From positions 11,007 to 75,006 of IMG/VR virus record IMGVR_UViG_3300037400_001189: a stretch of 64,000 nt of DNA, one strand, 5' to 3'. A program made the position numbers and the translations under genes. The stretch's first letter is position 1. Each line of letters begins with the position of its first letter. Source of the DNA: a virus. Taxonomy: Duplodnaviria > Caudoviricetes. This document shows, piece after piece, positions 43,279 through 52,257 of this stretch. The notes under the pieces were generated by a model, which saw only the letters and a list, made by a program, of their open reading frames with translations, did no database searches and was not told the origin of the DNA.

Positions 43279-43483
43279 AGATGTAGAGGATTTCATTAAG
43301 AAAGATGACAGAAATCCTGCAGAGCAGATGAACTATATAAAACAGCTTGGTACAATGATGATGTTCAGCTCTAGGCTGCATAGGGATCATGTAGTAGCTT
43401 TCTGTGGTTCATTATTAGGCATGTATGAAAACTTAAATAAAGATGCTGATGAGCAGGAACAGCTCATTAAGCTGGAGAAGTAA
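43265..43483 (+). CDS. Small hypothetical protein
   Basis: 72-aa ORF abutting the next gene. Confidence 0.65.
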   Translation: MKLLKDVEDFIKKDDRNPAEQMNYIKQLGTMMMFSSRLHRDHVVAFCGSLLGMYENLNKDADEQEQLIKLEK

Positions 43484-45961
43484 ATGGCATATTTAGATTA
43501 TCCCGGACTAGCCTACTTTAAAAGTCTCTTGGATCAAACCTACCTTCGTGTAGATTATGATGGAGACACTACTATTGCAGGTCATGTCACTTTCACTAAT
43601 CCAATTACTGGAGATATTGATGGCAGAGCTAAAAAAGATTGGCTAGGTCAGCAATTTGATACTACTTATCTCAAGGACATTCAGCCTGATGAAAGTGGTG
43701 CATTAAAGCTTATTCTTGGCAATGGACAAGTATCCCATCTAGTAACTGATACTACAGTTACTCAGGAACGTTCTAGTGCTAATGAAACCTATCCTATTCT
43801 TCTTTGCTATGATGAAAATGCAACAGCTGATCAAATAGCCAAGAAAGTTAAGTATGGTCATGATGTGCAGATTAATCCTGCATATGGCTATATCTATGCT
43901 CAAGGCTATGTAGAAAAGCATCCTGCGTACAACCGTACTACTGCTCAGTCTTCTAGAGTAGAATGGATGTTTGATTTTAGAGATAGTGTTCTTAATCCTG
44001 TTGGTCAGATTTACAGCTATATTGATCCATCTGGTCAAGGTGGAGAGCATAGAATGGAATTTAGGCTGTATGGTAATCCTCATACAACTAGCCTTAATCT
44101 TCCAAACTATAACTTTGAGACAGATACTGTAAGCCTTGGTGTAAGTTCTACTAAAGGTGACAAGCTTACCTTCTTTGGTTATGCACCTTCTACCCCAATA
44201 TACCTTGAAAACGGTTCTACTATGCGTAAGTCTACTGTTCGTGGTGACCAGTATGGTAGAGATATTATTACTCGTGACTGGCTTAATTTAAATGGTTCCA
44301 TTACTGGCTTAGTTCATACCTATATGGATGAAACTATTGATGGTTACAAAACATTCTTAAAGACTGTTACTATTGATAGTGGCAATGATAATGCCAAGGC
44401 TGGACTAAATGTTCAGGGTGATGTCAATATTGATAGTGGAGATGCTAGCAAACCTAGCAACCTTTATGTTCAGGGCAATAGTCATATCCACGGCAATGAG
44501 GACATTGACGGTAATCTGAATGTTGATGGTACTAGCGATCAGCATGGCAATGTTCATATGTATCATAATCTTGATGTAGATGGTAATGCCAATACCGATG
44601 GTAATCAGACCATAGGTGGTATTCTTACTGTTACAGGCAAGATTACTGGCAATGGTGGTGCTGAAATCAGTGGTGGTAGTGGATTAAAAGTTAATGGTAC
44701 TACAACTACTACTAATCTTTCTGTTACTGATGATGCTACTATTGGTGATGATTTAACTGTTAATGGTGATACTTCTGTTGCAGGATCTTTAAATAAAATC
44801 GTTAATAATGCTGTAACTGAATATGTTCAATATATTACTAATCAACCTTCTAATAGACAGCAAATTGCTGCTAACTTAATAGATACCTCTAAGGGTTTAA
44901 AGCTTTATAGTGGTAAGATTGGTGTTAATGCTGGTCAGAGTTTATCCTTTGATTCTAATGGTGTAATTGATGTTGATTTTGATCAAATGCCTACTGATAA
45001 ATTTGAAAAACTTTTACAGCAATTACATTTACCTCTTTATGTAGGTGAAAAGAATGGTTCCAGCACTATCGGTACTGAATTTTATGTAGCTCCTAATGGT
45101 GTAAACAATACTGCAGATGGTCGTGGTAGATCTGCAGATAAGCCTTGGCAGACTATTGCTTATGCTACTCAAACTATTGCTAAAAACTATAACATTAGCA
45201 CAAAGACTGTTCATATTAATGTAGCTGCAGGTGAATATGATGAACATGTAGATTTGCCTATGCTCCAACGTACTACAGGTAAAGTGGTTATTCGTCCTGC
45301 TAGTTCTAATGCTTCTGTTACAATTTCTAGGAATGCTGCATCTGGTGGTTGTATTGCTCATACAGGTGGTGCTTGGGAGCTTCATAAAATTACTTTAAAA
45401 ATGACGATTCAAACTGCAAGTTCTAATTCATTTCCATATTTAGTAGAATCTACAGATTCAACTGGTTATGTTGAATTGCATGGATGTCCAATGCAAGTTA
45501 TTGATAGTACGTCTGGCACTACTCAAACAGATGCTAGATTAATTTGGGTTGCTGGTGGTAAAATTAATATCAATACTCATAACGATTTTACAGGAACAGA
45601 TTCCCAGATTACTTGGTCCCGTACTGGTACTAATATTAACTCTTTACATTGGCTGTATATTGAAAATAGTGGTGTAGTTCAGTTTCTTAGAAGTACAGCA
45701 TCAGGTAATAAAGTTATTAATGTAACTGGTACATTTAATACTTTTGCTAAAGTTCTTTACATGGGATTACTTAGGTATTTAGGTACAGGTACAGGTGTTT
45801 CATTTACGGGTAATGCTACCGGTACTGAATTTGCTGTTAGTACTGGTGGTGCTATTACTACAGATGCTGAAAACAATGCTCACTGGTTCCCCGGTGATAC
45901 TAATGGCTGGGTATCTTCTGGTACTGGTTCTTGGATTTCTCCTGCCGCTAACTATGAATAA
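43484..45961 (+). CDS. Tail fibre/tailspike protein with beta-helix-like C-terminal domain
   Basis: N-terminal YLDYPGLAYF; (L/I)xVxG repeats; FYVAPNG...G...DKPWQTIAYA...INVAAGEY pectin-lyase-like start. Confidence 0.8.
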   Translation: MAYLDYPGLAYFKSLLDQTYLRVDYDGDTTIAGHVTFTNPITGDIDGRAKKDWLGQQFDTTYLKDIQPDESGALKLILGNGQVSHLVTDTTVTQERSSANETYPILLCYDENATADQIAKKVKYGHDVQINPAYGYIYAQGYVEKHPAYNRTTAQSSRVEWMFDFRDSVLNPVGQIYSYIDPSGQGGEHRMEFRLYGNPHTTSLNLPNYNFETDTVSLGVSSTKGDKLTFFGYAPSTPIYLENGSTMRKSTVRGDQYGRDIITRDWLNLNGSITGLVHTYMDETIDGYKTFLKTVTIDSGNDNAKAGLNVQGDVNIDSGDASKPSNLYVQGNSHIHGNEDIDGNLNVDGTSDQHGNVHMYHNLDVDGNANTDGNQTIGGILTVTGKITGNGGAEISGGSGLKVNGTTTTTNLSVTDDATIGDDLTVNGDTSVAGSLNKIVNNAVTEYVQYITNQPSNRQQIAANLIDTSKGLKLYSGKIGVNAGQSLSFDSNGVIDVDFDQMPTDKFEKLLQQLHLPLYVGEKNGSSTIGTEFYVAPNGVNNTADGRGRSADKPWQTIAYATQTIAKNYNISTKTVHINVAAGEYDEHVDLPMLQRTTGKVVIRPASSNASVTISRNAASGGCIAHTGGAWELHKITLKMTIQTASSNSFPYLVESTDSTGYVELHGCPMQVIDSTSGTTQTDARLIWVAGGKININTHNDFTGTDSQITWSRTGTNINSLHWLYIENSGVVQFLRSTASGNKVINVTGTFNTFAKVLYMGLLRYLGTGTGVSFTGNATGTEFAVSTGGAITTDAENNAHWFPGDTNGWVSSGTGSWISPAANYE

Positions 45962-45963
45962 TT

Positions 45964-46551
45964 ATGATAGTTCAAGACATTATTTCTTTAATACAGATTA
46001 GATCTCAGCATCTTGCTATAGCCAAGAATAATGATGCTATTATTCATTTCATTAATCTTGGAATGGAAGAGCTTTATCGTAGATTTAATCTGTCTATTAA
46101 ATCAGAAACAGTATTAACTGTATCTGATAGAGCTCTCTATGAGCTTTCTAATGAAGATGTGCAGATGCTGTTATCTCTTAATCATAGAACTGGCATAGAA
46201 ATGAAACAGTCTGATGTACTAGATTCTATGAACTATGACTATAAGATAGTAAACTATAGATCTTTTATATTAAGAAAACCATTTGATGGCTATGTCTATG
46301 CTATTTATAAAGCATCTCCAGTTATGTTAAGAGATATAAACGACAAGATAAAGCTTCCTGGTACTATGATTCCTGCACTGCTTACTTATGTCATGTACAT
46401 GAGTCATGATGTCATAAATAGAGATAATAAGACTGAATCTAATAATTTCTACAAGATGTTTGAACTGCAGTGCAGGGAACTTGATTTACAAGGCTTTACA
46501 GTTCCTTTAAATACTGAAAGCACAGCTGTACAGGCTAGAGGATATGTATAA
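45964..46551 (+). CDS. Head-tail adaptor / tail protein (N4 gp67-like)
   Basis: IIHFINLGMEELYRRF motif; position before the portal block. Confidence 0.6.
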   Translation: MIVQDIISLIQIRSQHLAIAKNNDAIIHFINLGMEELYRRFNLSIKSETVLTVSDRALYELSNEDVQMLLSLNHRTGIEMKQSDVLDSMNYDYKIVNYRSFILRKPFDGYVYAIYKASPVMLRDINDKIKLPGTMIPALLTYVMYMSHDVINRDNKTESNNFYKMFELQCRELDLQGFTVPLNTESTAVQARGYV

Positions 46552-46973
46552 TGATATATACATGCATAGGTAATATACCTCTTCAGGTACATCCTAGATG
46601 CAGACATGCTCCTATGGATGTGTATCATAAGAAGAAATGGTGCAAACCTGTTAAAGGTACATTAAGCGAGATAAATGCTTCTCAGCCTTATCTGTATGTC
46701 AATGAAACTATGGATGGCTGTAAGGAAGTTAAATATCATGTTAATTTGATTGATCTGTTAGACAGGGTTTTTATGAATGACAATTTGAAGAATCTCAGCG
46801 AGGAGCAGATGGAGTTTATTACTGCCTTCTTTGAACAGGCAGGACTAGCTACAGACAGAATTAGGTCCAATGTTCCCAATCCATACAGCGGCATGGATGA
46901 AGCATTCATGGACTTAAACAGCTTCTTAGGAGGTTATTCAGGAGTTGACTATGGGCAATATGCACGACTGTAA
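46551..46973 (+). CDS. Hypothetical virion-module protein
   Basis: 140-aa ORF coupled to the gp67-like gene. Confidence 0.65.
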   Translation: MIYTCIGNIPLQVHPRCRHAPMDVYHKKKWCKPVKGTLSEINASQPYLYVNETMDGCKEVKYHVNLIDLLDRVFMNDNLKNLSEEQMEFITAFFEQAGLATDRIRSNVPNPYSGMDEAFMDLNSFLGGYSGVDYGQYARL

Positions 46974-47655
46974 CTGTACACCTCCACCTTCTGGTGGACT
47001 TCCTCCTAAATTTCATCCTATGCCTCCATACTGGGGCTATGGATTTCCACCTCCTCCAATGGGAGGCTGCATGCCTCCTCCACCTCCTGCTCCTTATAGG
47101 CCAGCTCCTTATCCTCATGTGCATGGATGTCCTGATCATCCTCATATGCTAGATCCAAAGCATCTGCATTTGTTTCTAGAGGAAAGGAACAACAAGAATA
47201 ACAGTTTCATCGCCAATGTTAACGTAGTAGCTGCTAATATTAATTCTCTTAATCTAGTGGCTAACCATATGTGCGAAATCATCAGGGTTGCATATGGCAT
47301 GGAAGATATTCAGATGGTTTCTGAACATCTGGAATACGTTAACTTTCTTGCCAAGAACATTGGTCCTATTACTGCTCTTATTTCCCAAAATTCTGGTCTT
47401 GCATTTAGATTTGTAGATACTGTAGTCATTGATGAACCACAGGATGAACAGTATGTGATTACATTTGCAGACGAGTATGCTGGATACCTTCCCGGCAGTG
47501 CAATGCTGCTAGTATCCTATAATGGAGCAGACTGCAGAATTGGAGAGCAGTACGAGGAAGTGGGAGATATTGGAGTTCTTTCCAATAAAGTGAAGATGCT
47601 GTTCCCGTTGAGAGCAGGAGACGAGATTACATTCAGAGTTATTGCACAGTGCTAG
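46945..47655 (+). CDS. Tail-associated protein with Pro/His-rich N-terminus and small beta-sandwich C-terminus
   Basis: PPPP runs; ANVNVVAANIN; YNG...YEEVG...FPLRAGDEITF. Confidence 0.65.
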   Translation: MTMGNMHDCNCTPPPSGGLPPKFHPMPPYWGYGFPPPPMGGCMPPPPPAPYRPAPYPHVHGCPDHPHMLDPKHLHLFLEERNNKNNSFIANVNVVAANINSLNLVANHMCEIIRVAYGMEDIQMVSEHLEYVNFLAKNIGPITALISQNSGLAFRFVDTVVIDEPQDEQYVITFADEYAGYLPGSAMLLVSYNGADCRIGEQYEEVGDIGVLSNKVKMLFPLRAGDEITFRVIAQC

Positions 47656-47719
47656 TATAGTGGAGGCTCTGCTTCGGCAGAGTCTCTGCTATGTGTAATG
47701 TTCCTGATAGGAGGATGCT

Positions 47720-48022
47720 ATGGGTAAAGCCCCTAAAGTATGGATTCCAGTAGCAACTGGTACTACTGCTGAACGTGATCTCAGAGATCGTTTTGCAGAC
47801 TTTATTAATTTGAAAGACTATGGTGCTGTAGGTGATCAGGTAACTGACGATACTACTGCTTGGAATTATTTTCAGACTGCAGAAGGTGGAGTGAAGTACA
47901 TTCCTAGAGGTCACTATCGGGTTAATGGAGAAATTCTTCATTATCCAGATGGAGAGATTCTTGGCTATGTAAAGATTCCTGACACTATAACTAATCCGCA
48001 GATTCTTGCACTGTTCGAGTAG
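47720..48022 (+). CDS. Stand-alone tailspike neck fragment ending in ITNPQIL
   Basis: RDLRDRFADFINLKDYGAVGDQVTDDT...YIPRGHY, the classic tailspike N-terminal segment, stopping at 100 aa. Confidence 0.7.
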   Translation: MGKAPKVWIPVATGTTAERDLRDRFADFINLKDYGAVGDQVTDDTTAWNYFQTAEGGVKYIPRGHYRVNGEILHYPDGEILGYVKIPDTITNPQILALFE

Positions 48023-48027
48023 TAGCC

Positions 48028-48207
48028 ATGGGAAACATAGTAGGTGCATGTCCATTTTATCATGACGATCATCCCTGTCTCTATGGAAGCAAATGTCCCA
48101 GCTGCAAGTATTTTATTAAGTTTCAGAAAAGACAGAAAATCTTTAGATGGTTGCTAGTGGCTATTGGCATTGCCTTTGTAGCAACTCAACTATATGTGAT
48201 GTGGTAG
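48028..48207 (+). CDS. Small Cys-rich protein with C-terminal TM helix, 59 aa, not in the ORF track; possible lysis accessory
   Basis: MGNIVGACPFYHDDHPCLYGSKCPSCKYF...WLLVAIGIAFVATQLYVMW. Confidence 0.55.
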   Translation: MGNIVGACPFYHDDHPCLYGSKCPSCKYFIKFQKRQKIFRWLLVAIGIAFVATQLYVMW

Positions 48208-48210
48208 CAT

Positions 48211-48546
48211 ATGTTTGATTTAAGCACTTTACAGTTAACCATATTTGCTGCATTTGGTGGCTTTATTGGTTTCTTTGCTTTTAGCAACAAGCCTTCCATG
48301 ACTCGCATTGAACGATGCTTTGGACTGCTTGTTTCTGTTGGCATAGGAGTTATTCTTGCCTTGCCAGTGCATGCTTATCTGGTTGACTATGAAATCTGCT
48401 CCAAGCATCTAGCCGACATGATAGTTGGAGTTGTGGGATTAGGCATGCCTGATTTAGTAAAGACTAATCTTCCACAGCTGCAAAAGTTATTTGTAGAAAA
48501 ATTCCTTCGTGGAAGCATTAATGCTGGAAAGGTGAAAGATGACTAG
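48211..48546 (+). CDS. Putative holin (2-3 TM)
   Basis: Hydrophobic helices, VVGLGMPD, basic C-terminus; just upstream of the portal. Confidence 0.55.
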   Translation: MFDLSTLQLTIFAAFGGFIGFFAFSNKPSMTRIERCFGLLVSVGIGVILALPVHAYLVDYEICSKHLADMIVGVVGLGMPDLVKTNLPQLQKLFVEKFLRGSINAGKVKDD

Positions 48547-50680
48547 AGAAGAATTAAGAACAGTGCTTGAAGAAGGGATTGCTGAAGCAGAAGATAGGCA
48601 GGATGAACTGCAGGAAAGGGATTCTCTCGTTGACTGGGAGAATCCCCCTACTGTTAAAGATTTAAAGGCTGACTTAGATGAAGCTAGAGGAAGCCATCAG
48701 CAGCATGTAGCAAAAGTAAATGAATGGATAGACTCTCTTCGTGGCAAATTGAAGATCAAGGTTCAGGATGGCAGAAGCAGAGTTCAGCCTAAGCTTGTTA
48801 GAAAGCAGAATGAATGGAGATATTCTGCTCTTGAAGAGCCTTTTTTAAGCACTGACAAGATGTTTGTAGTTGATCCTGTTACTGCAATGGACGTAGAAGC
48901 AGCTAGGCAGAATCAGCTTATACTTAACAAGCAGTTTCGTACTGACATTAATAAAGTTAAGTTCATTAACAAGTATGTAAGAACTGCAGTCAATACAGGT
49001 ACAGTAATTGTTAAGCTGTCATGGGAAACTCAAACAGGAGTTGTTACTGAAGAAGTTCCAACTATGACAGAGACTCCTGAACAGCTCTATTTTGCTCTTG
49101 AACAGATGATGATGCAGGGAGAAATAGATCCTGAAACTGCACAGCAGATGATGGCTTCTGGTGAACCTATTCAGGTAGGCACTCATTATGAAGAAGTAGA
49201 AAAGGAGATAGTTAATCGTCCTGTACTGGAAGTTAAAGATAGCAGAGATGTTATTATAGATCCTTCTTGTGAAGGTGTTATAGAGCATGCACAGTTTATT
49301 ATAGACAGATTTACTTCTGATCTGTCTACGTTGAAGAAGGATGGAAGATACAGTAATTTAGATAAGATACCTGAATCTGCCTATAATACCTTTGATGACT
49401 ATGGCTATAGAAAAGTGGAAGAAGATGTAAGCTTCAGGTTTAATGACAAGGCTAGAAAGAAGCTTACAGTATATGAATACTGGGGATTCTGGGATATTCA
49501 TAATGATGGTACTGTACTGCCTATTGTAGCTACATGGGTAGGAGATACCATGATTAGACTGGAAGAGAATCCTTATCCAGACAAGGAACTTCCATTTGTA
49601 GTGGTGCAGTATCTTCCTCCAGACAATGATACAGTATATGGAGATGCAGATGCTTCATTGCTGAAAGACAATCAGGACATTATAGGTGCTGTTACAAGGT
49701 CTATGGTAGATCTTATAGGAAGATCAGCTAATGCACAGCAAGGTGTTAGAAAAGATATACTAGATCCAATTAATCGTGACAGGTTTAACAAAGGATTAGA
49801 CTTTGAATTTAACCCTGTAGGCAATCTTCAGGATGGCATCTATATGACCAAGCTTCCAGAGATTCCTCAATCTGCTATGGAAGTAATAGGTCTTCAGAAT
49901 AGCGAAGCAGAAGCTCTTACAGGCGTTAAGAGCTTTAGCCAAGGTATTACATCTGAATCTTTAGGCAATGTAGCTTCAGGCATTAGATCTGCTATGGATG
50001 CTACAGCTAAAAGAGAATTAGGCATTCTTAGAAGACTATCTGATGGCATTAGACAGATTGGAAGAAAGATAATGGCTATGAATTCTGTATGGCTTTCTGA
50101 TGAAGAAGTTATACGGATTACAGATGACGAGTTTGTGAACATTAGCAGAGCATCTCTTGCAGGAAATTTTGATTTAAATATCAATGTTTCTACTGCAGAA
50201 GTTGACAATCAGAAAGCAGAAGAGTTAGCTTTCATGCTTCAAACTACAGGCAATACTCTTCCCTTTGACATTACAAAGATTATATTGTGCAAAATAGCTG
50301 AACTTAGGAAGCTTCCTGATTTAGCTAAAATGATAATGGATTATACTCCTCAGCCTGATCCTCTTATGCAGCAGAAGGCACAGCTTGAATGTCAGCTGCT
50401 TGAAGCTCAGATTGCCAATGAACAGGCTAAGGCTTACGAGAATGAGGCTGACATTGACCTTAAGAGAGCTAAGACTGATTCTGAACGTGCCAAGTCTAGA
50501 AAGACTGTCAGTGAAGCTGATAGAATTGATCTTGATTATGTCAATGAGGCTACAGGAGTTAATAGAGCTAATCAGCTGCAGGACAAGCAGATGGATGCTC
50601 AAAATGCACAGGAACAGACTATGCTTAAAGGTCATTACGACTTAAGAAAGCAAAGTCAGAAACCAAGTCAATCCAAATAG
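48539..50680 (+). CDS. Portal protein (N4 gp59-like)
   Basis: WENPPTVKDLKADL, VQPKLVRKQNEWRYSALEEPFL and ALTGVKSFSQG motifs. Confidence 0.92.
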   Translation: MTREELRTVLEEGIAEAEDRQDELQERDSLVDWENPPTVKDLKADLDEARGSHQQHVAKVNEWIDSLRGKLKIKVQDGRSRVQPKLVRKQNEWRYSALEEPFLSTDKMFVVDPVTAMDVEAARQNQLILNKQFRTDINKVKFINKYVRTAVNTGTVIVKLSWETQTGVVTEEVPTMTETPEQLYFALEQMMMQGEIDPETAQQMMASGEPIQVGTHYEEVEKEIVNRPVLEVKDSRDVIIDPSCEGVIEHAQFIIDRFTSDLSTLKKDGRYSNLDKIPESAYNTFDDYGYRKVEEDVSFRFNDKARKKLTVYEYWGFWDIHNDGTVLPIVATWVGDTMIRLEENPYPDKELPFVVVQYLPPDNDTVYGDADASLLKDNQDIIGAVTRSMVDLIGRSANAQQGVRKDILDPINRDRFNKGLDFEFNPVGNLQDGIYMTKLPEIPQSAMEVIGLQNSEAEALTGVKSFSQGITSESLGNVASGIRSAMDATAKRELGILRRLSDGIRQIGRKIMAMNSVWLSDEEVIRITDDEFVNISRASLAGNFDLNINVSTAEVDNQKAEELAFMLQTTGNTLPFDITKIILCKIAELRKLPDLAKMIMDYTPQPDPLMQQKAQLECQLLEAQIANEQAKAYENEADIDLKRAKTDSERAKSRKTVSEADRIDLDYVNEATGVNRANQLQDKQMDAQNAQEQTMLKGHYDLRKQSQKPSQSK

Positions 50681-50743
50681 GTTGACATAATTTTAATTTA
50701 CGATTAACAGCGAAAGCTGAATCGAAGACACAAGGAGAATTTT

Positions 50744-51130
50744 ATGTCAGAAGAAACCAAGACTGAACAGATTTCCATTACTCCCGAACAGGCTAACGAG
50801 ATTCGCAAGGAGTGCAACAAGCGTATTGAAATGGCTAAGGCTCTTAGGAATCTCTATGACAATGCAGATTTCAAGAAGGTGTTTCTTGAAGGCTACCGTA
50901 AGGATGAAGCTACTAGGCTTGTAGGTCTTCTAGGTGAAGCTAACTTTAATGCTTCAGACAAGAAGGCTGCATATCGTGAAGAGCTTCATGAATGCATGGT
51001 AGGCATTGGCAGATTTACAGAGTATTGCAGAAATGTATTTAACATTGCAGAACAGGCAGACAAAACTCTTCATGATCTTCATGAAGCTGAAACTAGTTCT
51101 GAAGAGCCTGCAGTGGAAACAGTTCAGTAG
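50744..51130 (+). CDS. Conserved hypothetical protein between portal and scaffold-like gene (N4 gp58-like)
   Basis: LRNLYDNADFKKVFLEGY motif; synteny. Confidence 0.65.
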   Translation: MSEETKTEQISITPEQANEIRKECNKRIEMAKALRNLYDNADFKKVFLEGYRKDEATRLVGLLGEANFNASDKKAAYREELHECMVGIGRFTEYCRNVFNIAEQADKTLHDLHEAETSSEEPAVETVQ

Positions 51131-51139
51131 GAGTAGAGC

Positions 51140-52246
51140 ATGGCAGACGATACCGAAAAGGAAGATCAGACTCTTGACGAAGAAGAGCAATTTGATGACT
51201 CTGAAGAGGTAGAAGAAGCTGAATCTTCTGAAGAAGAGGAACAGCAGGAAAGTTCTGAAGAAGAAAAATCTGAGGAGATTGACTTTGAATCAATGTCTGA
51301 TGAAGAATTCTCTCAGTACATGGCTAATGAAGAGAAGATTATTGCTTCTCAGAAAGAGCCTAAGGAAGAACCTAAAGCTGAACCTAGGCAGAAGGAGAAG
51401 GTTGAAGATGCTCCTGAAGTAGAGGAATCTGACAAGACTCCTTCATTCGACTATAAAGCAGCCTATGAAAGCTTATTCAAGCCTTTCAAGGCTAACGGAA
51501 AGGAAATAGCTCCACGTTCAATGGAAGACATTGTGAGCCTTATGCAGATGGGTGCCAACTACACCAAGAAGATGCAGCTGATGGCTCCAATGAAGAGAGC
51601 AGTAGAATCTCTCAATAAAGCAGGCATTAATGAAGAGGAGCTTAATTTTCTTATAGACGTGCATAGGGGAGATAAGGAAGCTATCAAGACTCTGCTAAAG
51701 AGAAATGAGATTGACCCTATGGACGTGGATTTGGAGGATACAAACTATCGTCCAAATGCAAACCTAGCTTCCGATGAAGACGTAGAATTTTCTGATGCAC
51801 TTCAGGATGCACATGATTCTCTTCCAAGGATTAATGAGATTCTCAAGGATACTTGGGATGCAAAGAGCAAGGAACAACTCCTGCAGAATCCTGCTCTTAT
51901 CAGAGGTCTGCATGAAGAGATTCAAATGGGCAGATTTGACGGTGTACAGAAGATTGTGGAAAGCGAGAAGATGTTTGGCAGATATAAAGGAGTTTCCGAT
52001 ATTGATGCCTACATTGACGTGGTTACAAAGCTGGTAGCACAGCAGCAACAGCAGCAAGGCATGGCTAAGCCTCAAGCTCCTAAGTCTGCAGCTCCAAGAC
52101 AAAGCAAACCTGTCCCAGACAAATCCAAGGCTGCTCCTACTAGGACTAAAGCTAAGTCCAGCAAGAAGAGCCAGATGACTATGGAAGATCTATTCTCTCT
52201 TTCTGACGAAGAGTTCGAAAAGTTATCAATTAAAGACATTATTTAG
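51140..52246 (+). CDS. Scaffold-like protein (N4 gp57-like)
   Basis: Acidic N-terminus; PFKANGKEI...LMQMGANYTKKMQ motif; directly upstream of the major capsid gene. Confidence 0.78.
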   Translation: MADDTEKEDQTLDEEEQFDDSEEVEEAESSEEEEQQESSEEEKSEEIDFESMSDEEFSQYMANEEKIIASQKEPKEEPKAEPRQKEKVEDAPEVEESDKTPSFDYKAAYESLFKPFKANGKEIAPRSMEDIVSLMQMGANYTKKMQLMAPMKRAVESLNKAGINEEELNFLIDVHRGDKEAIKTLLKRNEIDPMDVDLEDTNYRPNANLASDEDVEFSDALQDAHDSLPRINEILKDTWDAKSKEQLLQNPALIRGLHEEIQMGRFDGVQKIVESEKMFGRYKGVSDIDAYIDVVTKLVAQQQQQQGMAKPQAPKSAAPRQSKPVPDKSKAAPTRTKAKSSKKSQMTMEDLFSLSDEEFEKLSIKDII

Positions 52247-52257
52247 GAGAATAGACT

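Noticed and set aside
36703-48022. Diversity-generating retroelement or invertase-based fibre switching
   Set aside because: No reverse transcriptase, no recombinase, and no near-identical template/variable repeat pair seen.
50682-50720. Sigma70 promoter (TTGACA) with CAGC-GAAA-GCTG hairpin before the capsid operon
   Set aside because: Perfect -35 but no convincing -10 at 16-18 bp spacing, so not called as a feature.
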